DNA of 64,000 bases from Octopus vulgaris (GCA_951406725.2 OX597822.1:57970001-58034000), one strand, 5' to 3'. Numbered from the stretch's first letter, positions 12,461 through 26,646 are shown. Program-made: numbers and translations. The notes: generated by a model from the letters alone, not told the origin.

Positions 12461-14088
12461 TTCACATATGCGTATAAATTTGATTTATGGATATATTTTG
12501 TCAAATTTAGCTTGTTTTTATTTTCCTGTAATTTTAATTTAATATGTAAGATGTGTGACAAATTTTGATTAATTTGGATTGTGAATTATGAGTATATGTG
12601 TTTCTGTGTATTTATGTCTGATTGTGAGTTTATCTCATTTAGTTGATGGCATCTATTTCATTTCCTAATTTTCCTCAAAGACAAATTCCAGTATTTTATG
12701 GTAAACCTTTTTCATTCTATTTTACCTTTATTGCATACCTGTCTTATGTGCATTAAATTCAACTGATAGATAATCCAATAATTTGCAAAATTCTTCTCTA
12801 TTAAAGTTTTGTTGTGTACTTAATTTAGTAATAAAAGGGTTAAAAGGTACTGAATGAGATGCTAAGAGGTCCAGAGGCAAACTAAAATTTTTATATTCCA
12901 TTTCTTTTTAAATTCTCAATTCAAACACCATTGGATGAGAGTGGGGTGTTTAAATCCTACCCTTTTGATAAAATAAATAACAATAAGTAATGAAACCTAT
13001 GCAAACAAGTGTACCCCAGCCTGCAAAAATTGTTTATTTTATAACTATATAGCCAGTCAATTTAAAAATAGCAAAATGATGTTCAATTAATGATACATAA
13101 AATGTATATAAAATATTAGTACAAGGATGTAACTAAAAGGCTTGTACAAAACTAAGATGAAGAAAAATAGTACAAGAGAATTTCAAAGATCCATAGGAAG
13201 TACCTTAGAAGTTAATGACAATTTTTCAAACACTAATCTAATTATTCTTAGTGTCCCAAATTACGTTGTGTATAAGATCTTCTGAAAGTTGACAAAAGCT
13301 AGGTATGGTTCTTCAGCAACTTATAGTCTGTTAAATACATCACTGGTATATAAATACATGATTGACATTATCACTCTCATACATTTGTTGATGCCTCAAT
13401 GCATCCCCTTTTTATAATCCGTTTTAATTTCAACTTTTTAATTTATTATGACATAGTGACAAGAAAAGGTATTGATAACCTATCAGCATGGTATTATAGC
13501 TGTAGGTAACAAATCCATAAATTGTGGACCTGTAAGAGAGCAAAATCTGTTAAGGGCACCAAGGGCCAAGTATTGGGGTAAAAGCTATCACCTGAGAATT
13601 GGTACAATCCTATAGAATTTCAGTCAAACCAGTTTTACTTAAAAGCTTAGGGTGATCCAAGGTTTTGGTAGAAGACACCCAGAATAGCATGCAGCACCCA
13701 GAACCATATACTTTCAAAGTGAATCTCTTAACTAGAGCTATACTCAAACCCATAGAAAATATCTACATGTAACTAATTATCATGAAATAAAACCCCTGTA
13801 TACATTTTGGATTCTTGTGATTAACTCTGGTTTTATTTTGCTCTTCTGGCCGCCATGAAGTTTTACCAGCTTCTCTAACTTTCTAACCATTTTTGTTCCT
13901 CTAACTGAAGTCACTGAACCTCACAAATTTTCCTCCCCATTATTAATCCATTGGCATTTAAACTAGCCACATTGGACCCAAATATGCTATTGTTTTATGT
14001 TCAACTCGCCAGATCAGGACTCTCACACCTATACATCATTCTAAAAATAAATTATCACATCATTGAAAGCTCAAAGTTACACAATAAT

Positions 14089-14388
14089 ACATTATTTACA
14101 TTTGACGGATATTTGTCTTCATCTTGTTTGTTAACACGTTTTGGCTCATCAGGTAAATGGGGAAATATCGAACCTGGATTCTCATTCCTAAGATATTTTT
14201 TGATGTTGTTATTGTTATTATTCAGGTCACAGCTTAGAATTGAACTTGGAATCATGGGGTTAATAGCCTGTGTTCTTAACCACTACGCCATACACTGAAA
14301 CATGTTAGCAACAAACAAGATGAGTACAAATATCCGTCAAATGTAAATAATGTACATAATTCTTCATCTCTTAAATATAGAACTGTAA
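14089..14388. mobile_element. Inverted-repeat-flanked retroelement with a tRNA-like module and a hammerhead remnant, inserted in a piggyBac-like MITE
   Basis: 11-bp direct repeat TACACAATAAT at 14078-14088 and 14389-14399; inverted arms of about 52 bp; minus-strand TGGCGTAGTGG (A box) and AGTTCAATTC (B box). Confidence 0.7.
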
Positions 14389-14713
14389 TACACAATAATG
14401 TATGATTAATTCATAATAACGAGAATTAATAAGCAAGTTATTGGAAGTTACTTTTACCACTCAACAGCAAATACATACATGTTCACATCTTAAACAGACA
14501 TATAAATATAGACATTCTCTTTGAAGTACATTCCATCATTTGGATGAGGGGTATCTGCAAATATATCTTTAACAAGTAATCCATTGAAAGGAGTGTTTAT
14601 CTTACATTTAACCTGAGTCAGCCTTATACACAGCCTTGTACTGATTATCTTTCTTTGGTTAAAACACTATTTTTAAATTAAAGAATATAAAAAGCACACT
14701 GTATTTAACTTAC

Positions 14714-14783
14714 CTCCTTTTGGTCCATCATAAACCTCATAACCTTCCAAAAGAAGTTCAGAAGCAGGGTTGTCTTTGGACAT
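14714..14783 (-). CDS. Upstream coding exon of the zinc-finger gene (exon 14714-14790; probable start ATG at 14783)
   Basis: TTTTATTTTAG acceptor at 14792-14791 and AG|GTAAGT donor at 14713. Reads MSKDNPASELLLEGYEVYDGPKG plus one G (phase 1), which joins the phase-1 start GT GAT AAC of exon 9820 to give a protein of about 953 aa. Confidence 0.8.
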
Positions 14784-14834
14784 TATTACACTAAAATAAA
14801 AAAAATGTAAAAGCCATATTAAATCAGTAAGCAT

Positions 14835-15780
14835 CATTATTGTTGTTTAATGTCCACTTTCCATGCTGGCATGGGTTGGACAGTTTGACAGAGCTGGTCA
14901 GCTGGTAGCTGTCCAGACTCCAATTGTCTATTGTGATAGGATTTCTATGGCTGAATACCCATCCTAATGTCAACCACCTATCAGAGTGTGCTGGGTGCTT
15001 TTTACATGTCACCGGCACAGGTGCATTTATGCAGCACCAGCACAGGAGCTTTTATGTGACACTGGCACCTGAAAGGACCAGCCTGTATGTGCAGCAAAAA
15101 AGCAATTTTACTTAGTTTGACTCATCAAGTAAAGCAAATCACCACATCTCCCAGTCCAATGTTATTTCCTCAATGAGGCCCAACATCCAAAGATCCTTTC
15201 TCACCACTTCATCCCATGTCTTCCTGGGTCTACCCTTTCTACAGGAACCCTCCACAATTAGAGTTCAGCACTTCTTTATACAGCTGTCCTCATCCATATG
15301 ATTCATATGACCAAACCAGCACAGTCTTCTCTTTTGCACACATCTGATGCCTCTTATACCCAGTTTTCCTCTTAAACCATTTAGACTATCATACATACGC
15401 ACTGACATTGCCCACCCGGTAGAACATGCTAGCTTCATTTCTTTCAAGCCTTCGTCAGTCCTCTGTAGTAAAAGCCCATGTTTCACTGCCATGTAATATA
15501 GCTGTATATACATAGGTATCATACAATCTGCTTTCAATCTGAGGTAGAGGCCCTTAGTTACCAACAAAGGTAGAAGTTCTATGAACTTTGCCCTAGGTAA
15601 CAAAAGCTATCTACAACTCTGGTCTCCTAGGTAACAGAAGCTATCTACTACTTCTATTGATTCCCACCAAACATGTGAGGGAGTCTATTGTTTGTGCATT
15701 TTTAGTGCTTGTTGTACCTGCACATTTGCCACACACACAAAGATTACATTCTCCATTAACCTTCCTGTGATACTGCTACA
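14835..15780 (-). mobile_element. Degraded RTE LINE 3' portion
   Basis: ORF 15265-15603 (AKFIELLPLLVTKGL, RRLCWFGHM) and RTE 3' terminus near 14845. Confidence 0.85.
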
Positions 15781-16929
15781 TTATTAAATATATATATTCC
15801 TTATAACAAGTTAAAACACATACAAGAGCCTGAATGGGAGAAAACAAAAAATGCCAGACTTCATTAATGAAGTAACCAAATTCCTTCTTTTATATTCCTT
15901 GTCTTTAAAATGGGGTCAACATTTTCAATCTTAAATCATCGTAACAACACGCACCACAACAAGATCAAAATGACTGTGTTACCATTAAGAAACATTTTTT
16001 AATTCCCAACATAAAAATTCTCCTAGAAAAATGAAAGGAATATTAAACTTTCATTGGCTTGTCAGCTATTCGCAATGAGTGGATGACAACAAAACCATAG
16101 TAGAGATGTGCTACCCAAGTGGCTGATTGCAGTTAACACAAAGCATTATAGCCAAAAAATACAAGTTTTACATTCTTTTTGGCAATTCTCTTGACCAAAA
16201 TATAAACAATACAGATGGTCTGAAAAGAGATCCAGTTGAGAAATGGTACTTCTATTCTGTAGTTTAAATATGATAAATATTTTATGGTTTCATACTTTTT
16301 CCTAGTATACTGTCACATATTGTATTTACATACTCAGAATCACATTTTCTTCTACTAAATCAATTTAAAATTTTTAATAAGTGTATAATGAAACATACTA
16401 AATTTTTTTTCTCCCCACAAAATATATTGTAAAATATGACTGTGATTACTGTGATAGTGTGTGTGTCTTATAAGCTAACACATATGATATATGCACAATG
16501 ATGCATTGTGTAATTTTTTTATATATTAGTTTTCAATGAACACTGAATGATTCACTTTGGATATCATCAGGTATATACAATCGGGAAAAAAGCAATCATG
16601 GTCATAACTGTTGGTACATCAGCCACCCTGAGTGGCAAATATGTGACCTAATCTTTCTGAGATTTTCTATATCTATATCTTTTATCATGTACTTATTTCA
16701 GTAATTGGACTGTGGCCATGCTGGAGCACCATCTTTTTAATCTAACAAATTGACCTCAGTACTTATTCATTTCAAACCTGATACTTATTCTATCAGTCAC
16801 TTTTGCTAAACTGCTAAGTTACAGAGATGTAAAAAAATTAATACTGGTCATCAAGCAGTGGTGGGGTTGATAAGACTTTCATCAAAATTTTCTTCCAAAA
16901 TTAACCAATGCTAATAAATGGTTATTTAC

Positions 16930-19517
16930 ACCCTTTCAGGCAGTCCATGAGAAATTGGTCTATCCCTTGAGAAAGAATTATGCAATAGTGGTCATTCCTG
17001 GACAAATGCTTTGCCCCAAGTATAGAGTTTTGGTCATATCAAATGACCAAGAAGAGGAAAACAAACATGATACAGATGAACCTGATAACTTTAGTGTTTG
17101 ATGACGAACAGCTCCAATTAGACTCCACCAGGGAATCTCTAAACAACACCATGAATGATTCTGATCTGTCACCAGTCAAAATTCACTCAGTCAATCCACA
17201 TTCCAAGACTTCCTTTTGCAGTTGCTAGAAATGAGAGCTAAAATTTAACTCGAACAGCCACACAAAAGCACTATTCTCATGAAATATTCAGGATTCACAG
17301 AATGAAGTAGTCTGATAATACCTTATCACGTGATTTCGAAATCTGATCAGTATGATCTTGTTTCTCATTGTTTTGCTCTTGCTTATGTCAGGTTGGTTGC
17401 ATGATGATAAAGGCATTATTGGATGTCCTGATATTGTTCCACAACAGAGAATCAATCAGGAGATTCTTGATGCGGTTGCAACTTACTTTTGTGATGATGA
17501 ATTTTCCAGGAAAAAAGATTTTCTAACTGTGGGAAAGAACATTCATGTTTCCAAATGATTACTCCTTTGTAATCTAAGAGAAGTGTATACTGCATACAAA
17601 TTGAAAAATTCGAACACAAAATTGGGTTCTCCAAGTTTGTAAGTCTCCATCCTAAATGGTGCATTCTTGTAGGACCAGATGGACTTTCATTCAGTGTGTG
17701 TATGCCAATACATCAAAATTTGAAATTAATGCTGAGCCCCATTGGTCTGGAAAATCCTATCACTATTTGAGTGAAATGATGGTGTGTGATAGAGACTCAA
17801 AGGAATACATGATACACCACTGTGAAAATTGCCCAGGAATAGAACCAGTTCAGGAATTTTTGAAGCAACATCTTGAACAAGATGGTGCTGGAGAAGTTGA
17901 GGATGGCAATGCCACAGACAGTGATCAAGTCGCTGATGAGATTCAATTTAAGTAATGAACAACAATGACAGAACTGAACTCGTCACTGTGTCACTGTCCG
18001 TTCAAAAATTTGTTGACCTTCTGACAGAAAAAATTGACAAAATCACCTTGTACTCATTCATTGTTCATGCCCAGGCAACATATTTGAAACACCTCAAAGA
18101 AATGATAGGGCCAAATGAGACCGTAGTTTTGGCAGACTTCACTGAAAATTGTTCATTTGTTGTGCAAGACAAAATCCAGGGATATCACTGGAATAAGACC
18201 CAGTGCTCACTCCATCCTGTGATTGTCTATTTCTGCAATCAATTGTGTTTGACAATTCTTCTATTTGCATCATTTCTGATGCTCTTGATCATGATGGTTT
18301 TGAAGGAGACAGTAGATCACATAAAAGAAAGGCTGAATCCTTCAATTGAAGTCATTCATTATTTTTCAGATGGTTGTGCTGCTCAATATAAGAATTGCAA
18401 GAAGAATATTGAGCAGCATTTCATCAATCTTTGTCATCACCTCACTGCCACCAGCCATGGTAAGTCACTTTGTGATAGAATAGGAGGGTCTGTGAAAAGA
18501 CTGACAGCTAGAGTCAACCTGCAGTGACCAACTGCTTCTCAAATTCTGTCTGCAAAACAAATGTTTGAATTCCATGAAAGTTCAATTCAAAGAATCACAT
18601 TTGTGTACATTCCTTCAGCAGCAATGGACCCCACCCGAAATGAACTAGCTGAAAGATTCGCTTTAACCAAAACTATCACAGGCAGCAAAAGTTATCACCA
18701 GTTTGCTCCAACTTCAAACCACACAATCAAGATAAAACAGGTGTCAGATGATGAGAGCATTGCTCTTGAGTTTGACTTTCAGGGCAAATGCATTCATCAC
18801 AAACTTAATACAAGTGATATCAAACTTTCTCAATACCTTCTCTGCAGATATGATGAATGACATTGGGTTGGCATTGCTGTCCAGATAGATTGGGAGGCAA
18901 ATGCATCCACACCTTCCAAATCGTTCATTCAGCTGGCCAACAAGAGATGATTTATGCTGGGTTCCACTGACACATGTAGTTGCTAGAATTGAAACCCCCT
19001 CAATTGTCATCACTGTCTGCTTGACAGAACCATCTGACAAAAAAGGATACTGAAATGATCAAGGATATACTTTCCATGTGAATGTTTGGTATTTTGTTCA
19101 CGCCCATCCGAGCGTGGCCGTCTGCCAGCCTCGTCTGGCACCTGTGTCGGTGGCACATAAAATCACCCACTACACTCTCGGAGTGGTTGGCGTTAGGAAG
19201 GGCATCCAGCTGTAGAAACACTGCCACATCTGACTGGCCTGGTGCAGCCTTTGGGCTTCCCAGACCCCAGTTGAACCGTCCAACCCATGCTAGCATGGAA
19301 AGCGGACGTTAAACGATGATGATGATGATGATGGTTGAGCCTTCTTTCAATTGAGTTTGAATTGAGATATGGAGCACAATCATTTTATTCTTCAAGTTTG
19401 ACACACTATTTTTCTGCCCATATTCTAGAAAGCAAGACACATGTTCATGACTCACATGAAGGCACACTTTGATGAAATTTTTGACTAAAGGACACATTTC
19501 TATCAAATTTTGCCCTC
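16930..19517 (+). mobile_element. Degraded Sola2-like DDD DNA transposon
   Basis: Broken ORFs 17352-18860 contain LADFTEN..VQD.IQGYHW, IHYFSDGCAAQYKN and ATSHGK..CD.IGG.VKR. Possible CCCTC terminus at 19517. Family assigned from recalled motifs; the left end was not identified. Confidence 0.7.
19100..19333 (+). mobile_element. Young RTE 3' fragment nested in the Sola2-like element
   Basis: RTE 3' terminus with CpGs intact and a (TGA)n tail. Confidence 0.85.
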
Positions 19518-19715
19518 AAAAAGCCAGAAGATTTTGTTTTTCAAAACAGGAAGTTTTCTGAATTCCTTTGCTACTGTATTGTTATCCCACACCTGCACCT
19601 AGGCATACAACCACACTGAACAGATTTAGTCACTGCATTTTAAAGTTCCAGTGCAACATTAATAAATCAGTAGTGACAGACTACAACTATTACAAGTATG
19701 ACTGGAAAATCTTAA

Positions 19716-19930
19716 CCCTTTAGCATTTAAACTATATCCAGCTCAAATATTCTACCTTGTTTTATGTTCAAACTAGCCAGATCCAACCTCTGACACCTAC
19801 CCTCATTGTCATTCTAAAATTAAACAATCACATCATTCAAATCTCAAAGCTACAAGATAATGCAGGATAATTCAAAACAATAAGACTGAATAAGCATTAC
19901 ATTTGACAGAGTAATCTGAATGCTAAAGGA
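19716..19930. mobile_element. piggyBac-like MITE copy
   Basis: TTAA CCCTTTAGCATT ... AATGCTAAAGG; homologous to 4760-4962. Confidence 0.75.
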
Positions 19931-20934
19931 TCTGTGAATTCAAAAATTGTTGACTAACAATAATGCTACACTTACAAGGTAACAAAAAATTCTTACATAA
20001 TTATCAAAACATTGTAAAGATAGTTTTATCCATACCATTCACAAGAAAAGACAGTTAACAGAACATATGAACAATATGGTTTAAAAAAAGAAACAACAAA
20101 ATATCAATTTTGAATTTAGTCAATTCAACATTTTGACTTAACAAGTCTTAAATTGAAACATGGAATCAGATACTGCCAAACATGCAAAGAACAGTCACTT
20201 TTTTCAACAATTACTGAAGATATTTTTTGAGCTAAAGACTTAAATTTAACCCTTTTGATACCAACCCATCTAAAACTGCTCTGGTGTTATATGATACAAA
20301 ATTTGAGCTTTAAAATGATTTAAATTAAAATGTCATGCTAAGTTATGTTCCACATGAGCTTAATAATGACCAAGATATTAAATTCTTCATTATTTTTAAA
20401 GTTTAACTGAAACAAGGGCAGTGTATTTTAATAGAAATATGGTAACATAACGGTTACCATATCTTTTTGAAATCCTTTTAGTTTGTGCTGGGGTACTTTA
20501 TGGAGAACTAATTCTCCATAACGTAAAACTTTGGAAGTCTGAAATCATCATGTGAATGGACATCTCCAACCTTTGCTATATGGTACTTGATGATGGAAGC
20601 TTCCCTACTTAGCCCACATTTGCTACTACCTCTGTGTCCAACGTAAAAAAAAATTTCCAACTGACATATAATTTACATTTTAGACACTTCTGATAAGTCT
20701 TGTCAAGAACATGACACAAAAATGAAATGCACTTGGCACACCCTATAAGATGTGATATAAGGAACAGCATATAACCAAAAGTGACATGTAAGAAGAAGAC
20801 ATGGTAATAATCCATTCAACACATGCTAGCATGGAAACCAGATATTAAATGTTAAGCAATATACAAGTAATCCCCTAAACCCACCCACATCAGGTGAGCA
20901 GTGACCAGTCTGACCCATGGAAGCATGGAAATCA

Positions 20935-21360
20935 TTATCATCATTTAGCATCCATTGTCCATGCTGGCATGGGTTGTACAGTTTGACCAGGGCTGGTAAG
21001 TTGGAAGGCTGCACCAGACTCCAGTCTAATTTGGCATGGTTTCTATGGCTGGATGCCCTTTCTAACTCCAACTGCTCCAAGAATTAAATGGGTGTTTTTA
21101 CGTGCCATTGGCGTGACACCAGTATCTGCCACAACTGCAATTTTACTTAGCTTGATGGGTCTTCTGAAGCATGACATAATGCCAAAGTTTCAGTCATTCG
21201 TCACTGCCTCCAAGAGGCTCACTTTGCCTCTGTGAGATTCAATGCTCCAAAGGTGCTTTTTATGTACCAGTTATGTGACACCAGTATCAGACATGACTAC
21301 AATTTTACTTGGCTTGATAGGTCTTCTCAAGCACAGCATAGGTCTCAGTCACTAGTCAAA
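20935..21360 (-). mobile_element. RTE 3' UTR fragment
   Basis: CATCATTTAGCATCC..CCATGCTGGCATGGGTT..GGCTGGATGCCCTT terminus. Confidence 0.75.
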
Positions 21361-22237
21361 AATAATACAGAATGATGTGCATATGTGTGATGGCACAATC
21401 TGTTAAAATGCCATACAGCATGGCTGTCTGGTTAAGAAGTTTGCTTCCCAGACACATGGGTCTGGGTTCAGTCCCACTGCATGGCACCTTGGAAAAGTGT
21501 CTTCTATTTATAGTCTTGAGTCAACCAAAGAATTAAGAGTGGATTTAATAGATGGAAACTGAAAGAAGTCTGTCTATATATTTATGTGTGAGTGCATGCT
21601 TTTATATTTGATTCCTTGACTTGACATCATAGAAAATCTGCCTCAATAAACTTTCCAACCCATGCAAGTATGGAAAAGTGGATGCTAAAACACACACACA
21701 TTTGTATGTATATTGTATTTGTTTTACATGGGCCATAAATATTTTCTATTCTAAGTCTAAGTCCTTCAGTGAATGAAGATAAGGTTGGACAGCTGTCATG
21801 CCAAAACCACATGTCCACAACTGTCCTCTTATAACCTTTTCCTTAATGACATGTAACTTTGCAAAAAGTGTGGCTTCGTGAGATTATCTCCCCTTCTCAT
21901 GTAATCTTAATTGCCATTTGACAATTATGACATCCTCTAGAGGAAGGGGAAAATTTTAATAAATTAAGAATTTGTCATATGGTATCTGAAATACTTGTAT
22001 TAATTTATGTTGTTTAAATACATGCTACTGACCACATTGAGTTATTTCTCTTAATTCAATTCAGTGAGTGTGTATACATACACACATGCACAATGCATTG
22101 TTTACACTAGTTTCAGTCATAGGATTGTAACAATACTAGGGCAGCACCTTGAAGGGTTTAGTTGATCAGATTGAGCTCAGAGCATATTTTTTTTATAAAT
22201 CTGGTACTTGTTTTTTTCTCTTTTTTTTCTTTTGCCA

Positions 22238-22640
22238 GGCTGTTTGTGAGGTAAGAAGCTTGCTTCTCTACCATATGGTTGTGGGTTCAGTTCCACTGCA
22301 TGGCACATTGAACAAGTGTCTTCCACTATAGCCTCAGGCTGCCTTGTGAGTGGATGTGGTAGACGGAAACTGAAAGAAGCCTATCATGTGTGTGTGTGTG
22401 TGTATATGTATGTATGTATTTATACGTGTGTGTCTTTGTGCCTGTGCCACCACTATCGCTTGACAACTGATGTTGGTGTGTTTACATCCCTGTAACTCAG
22501 CAGTTCAGCAAAAGAGACTGATAGAATAAGTACTAGGCTTACAAAGAATAAGTCATGGGATTGATTTGTTTGACTAAAACCCTTTAAGGTAGAGTTCCAG
22601 CATGGCCGCAATCAAATGACTAAAACAAGTAAAAGAATAA
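22238..22640 (+). mobile_element. CORE-type SINE, near full length, with internal (TG)n
   Basis: Head, core and CCAGCATGGCCGCAATCAAATGACTAAAACAAGTAAAAGA tail, as in 1985-2322. Confidence 0.8.
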
Positions 22641-23767
22641 AAGAGAAGCAGAATAGTGTTGCCGATACAGTAGAGAGGGAAAGGATGAGGGAGTGTATAA
22701 GAAAGAGAGAGGAGCAGGTGTGGAGTGTGGAGGAAGAGACAAATGTATGGTGGTGGAGACTTGATTTGGAGAGTATGAGAGCAGGGTAGACCAATGCAAA
22801 GTGTGAATGGAGAGAACAATATTAAAAATGAAGAGCTTATAGATTAGCAGAATCAAGGAAAAGCTGCAGTTAGACACAAAGGGTGGTAGGGTATCTTGAG
22901 TTGTGCATTACCACCATCATTTTTACACCCACACACACACAATGCTTCCAGAACTTCATTTAAGTTAGGCAGGTTCGCTTAGGAATCACATATTGCCAGT
23001 CATCTCCTCCATAGGGTCCAAGGTCCTGATCCACCTTCACCACTTTGCCCCATGTCTCCTTCTACAAACTCCATCCATATTTAGTAATCAGCACTTCTTT
23101 ACACAACCATCCTTATCTATAAGCATCACATGTCCATATCTGTACAATTGTCTTCCTTGCACTCCACATAATTTCCCTAATACTCAGTCTTTCTCTCAGT
23201 ACATTTGTACTGAATCATTTATGCACACCCAACAGGAGCATGCTCATTTCATTTCTTTCCACTCTTCTAAAAACCTCTGTTTTCTGGGCCCATGTGTAAA
23301 AACTGAATATGTACATCATCATTATTGAAATAAAATTTTTAAGGTCAACACAAGTAATGTTCAACGGTCACATTTAATGAAAAGCAAGCAACGATACCAA
23401 TATTTCTTTGAATGTATTTGAAAGAGGAATTAATGGACGGAAGTCTGTTCTGTAGTAAGCAAGAGCAAAACAATGAGAAACAAGATCATACTGATCAAAT
23501 TTCGAAATCACGTGATAAGGTTTTATCAAACTACTTCATTCTGTGAGTCCCGACTATTTCATGAGAATAGTTCTTTTGTGTGGCTGTTCGAGTTAAATTT
23601 TAGCTCTCATTCTAGCAAACGTAGGTGCTATTTTGCACCCTCATTTATTAATTTTACCTTTTATGGTTTTAATTGCTATAGCCACCTATATTCTAATGTA
23701 TTTAATATATATTAATATATTATAATATCTTATTGTATGTTATTATATATATATATATATATATATA

Positions 23768-24200
23768 CATCATCATCATCGTCGTTTAACAGCCGCTTTC
23801 TATACTAGCATGGGTTGGACGATTTAAGTGAGGTCTGCCGAACCAGATGGCTACACCTGGCTCCAATCTGATCTGGCAGTTTCTACAGCTGGATGCCCTT
23901 CCTAATGCCAACCACTCCGAGAGTGTAGTGGGTGCTTTTACATGCCACCGGCATGAGGGCCAGTCAGGTGGTACTGGCAATGGCCACACTCAGATGGTGT
24001 TTTTTATGTGCCACCTGCACAGGAGCCAGTCCAGAGGCACTGGCAACAACCTCGCTCGAATGTTTTTTCACGTGCTACCAGCACAAGTGCCAGTAAGGCA
24101 ACGCTAGTAACGATCACGTTCGAATGGTGCATTTTATGTGTCACCGACACAAGCCAGTTTGCTGCTCTGGCAACGATCAAGCTCAGATGGTGCTCTTAGC
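23768..24200 (-). mobile_element. RTE 3' UTR fragment
   Basis: (CAT)n tail, RTE terminus and decayed minisatellite units. Confidence 0.8.
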
Positions 24201-24371
24201 GCTCAACATCCCATGTTCAGAACTGAAAACTGGAAGCCTATTTTGGTGGGGGAGCAAAATATGATAGAATGGTAGGAAAGGGTTTAAAAAATTCTCACAT
24301 AAGCCCAGTCCTCCTATAACACATAACTAAAACAAATAATATGAAATAGGTTATTATTACAGAGTAGCTTA

Positions 24372-24570
24372 AGGCAGCAAGCTGGCAGAATCGTTATCAT
24401 GCCAGGCAAAATGCTGAGCAGCATTTCACCCGTCTTTACGTTTTAAATTCAAATTCTGCTGAAGTTGACTGCGCCTTTCATCTTTCAGGGTCAATAAATT
24501 AAGCATCAGTGAAATCTGGAGTCGATGTAATTGACTAATTCTGGGATTTGTGCCTTTAGTAGAAAGGATT
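24372..24570 (+). mobile_element. Meta-type SINE
   Basis: GGCAGCAAGCTGGCAGAATCGTT head; GCCTTTCATCTTTCAGGGTCAATAAATTAAG domain. Confidence 0.7.
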
Positions 24571-24945
24571 ATTATATAGTTTTAATTTCTTAGTACCACA
24601 ATTAAAAACATTTAGCTCAAGAAAGCATTATTGGAAGAATTTCTTATTTTGAATAAATGTTTTAAATAAGTAAAATTTTTTAAAAGTATAATTATTTATT
24701 TGAAAATTTTTAGTACACCTATTTTAGAGCATTTACCTATTAGTTTCAGTAATTCAGGAAAGCCGAGCTAATTTTCACATTTGACCCTTATTGCTGGTTT
24801 CATTTCAAATTGCACCATTTTTCTCAAAGATTAAACTAAAGATAAGTAAGCATGTCTTACACATGAATGTGTATTATATACATATATATATGCACAGTAT
24901 ATCTGTATATGCAGAGTGTGTGTGTATTCGTATGTAAGCCATTTA

Positions 24946-26646
24946 CTGTGTTTCTCCCAAAATAAGACCTGGTTTTATATTAATTTTGCATCCCAAAACT
25001 ACACTATGGCTTATTTTCAGGGGGTGTCATATTTTTAAGGAAAAAATCCAAGAAACACAAAAAAATCTCATGTCCTCATGTAAAAGGAAAAAATTGTAAA
25101 AAGGAAACCCATGTTTTTAGTTATCAAAAGTTTACTTATTTGCTTATTGTTTTTAGTCAAGTACAAACATTTTGTCCTCTTCTGGAATGTCATGAATCAT
25201 CAAACCCCTAACTTCAGACTGAATTTCTTGCAAATCTATTTCCTGTAGAATCATGGACCCCAATCTCTCATGTTTGACAATATAACTTTCCTTAAATGTA
25301 CACTTTTTGTCCAAGTGCCCTACTCGTAGTGCATTGGCAACGCAACTGTCAGTAATTTTATTCCATGAATTCTTCACCCAATTTACAATTTCTTGGAAGT
25401 TGGGTTTGACAAAGTTTCCACACTGATTTCTCTCCATTCTATGTTCGATATATCCATTCACTTCCCTCCGCAAATAATCCTTGAGGGAATTGTTTGTTAC
25501 AAGATCTAATATTTGTAGATATGATGTCATTCCCATGGGAATCGTTATATGGTCAATTCTTCTTTCAGAAAGGAAGGTTTTCATATCTTTTGTGCGATGA
25601 GTACCGGCCGAATCCCAGGCTAAAAGACCTCTTTGAGAACCAAGTGGCATAGTTAAATCAACCCATTTTCTTATAACAGCTTGTGTGCATCAAGTCTTTT
25701 TAATTTCAAGGACATAAATGCCTGAGACTCATTCTATTTTCTCTTTTTTGCCCTTTGTGATGATAAGCGGTGGGACTTTTGTTCCATCAAAACGAGTTGC
25801 TAAAATACAAGTAACTCTTGCACGTTTGTAACCTGTTGAGGCAACGTAGATTGACGAGGCACCTGTCTGTTCAATTGTCATTTTAGATCCTTGGCCTGTA
25901 AATACTGCAGTCTCATCCATAACAATTATACTGGAGAGAATGTATTTAGAAAAGTCAATGACATCAACAAAGGAATTGAATGCAAGTGCACGTTGAATCA
26001 CTTCAGCATCCTCCAGCTTGAACAGTGTTGTCGATCTTAGAGAGTGCTCATATCGCCGAAGGAAGTTATCCAACCAATGAGGTGATGCTTTGAGTATCTC
26101 TGGGGGTATATCCAACTGTAGTGCCATTGCAAGAGCAAATTCTTGACAACCAGCCCTGTGTACAACCAAAGCCTTTGTTCTTCTGTCAGTAATCCATCCT
26201 GACATGATATCTTCAAGCCCTGAAAATAACAGGTGTCAACCTGATCCACACTTAAAGTTCTTAGCACTTCCCTCATCCACCTGTCTGCTGAGATTATCAT
26301 ACTCTGTTCACCATTTTCAAACCATTCGGAGATCCAAACTCTTCTCCTTACAGAAAGCTGTAAGATTCTTGTTATGTGACTCTTCCACGATTCCTTTCTT
26401 GTACTCCACGGAATAACTCTTTCTTTCTGCTTTCATCTTGCCTGAGGGACAAGTGAGTCAACTTCATGCATGCGTGCTTTGCTGCGGTAGTTGGTTTTAT
26501 TTTGCAAACATGACATGGTCTTGCTAACAAGCTGAAGCATTTTTGACTAGGTTTTATTTTCAGGTTAGAGGCTTATATTAAAAACATCTTGAAAAATCAT
26601 GGTAGGGCTTATTTTTGGAGCAGGTCTTATTTTCAGGGAAACACGG
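24946..26646 (-). mobile_element. Full-length but defective pogo-superfamily (Passer-like, DD35D) DNA transposon
   Basis: TA|CTGTGTTTCTCCCAAAATAAGACC ... GGTCTTATTTTCAGGGAAACACGG|TA. Frameshifted transposase at 25153-26436: MKAERKSYSVEYK, CENP-B HTH (ASPHWLDNFLRRY), MDET, and WD-x35-D. Confidence 0.9.

Noticed and set aside
20458-20538. Possible 81 nt minus-strand exon (TSKVLRYGELVLHKVPQHKLKGFQKDM)
   Set aside because: The donor GTAACC is weak and overlaps a MITE end, and the phase does not match exon 14790.
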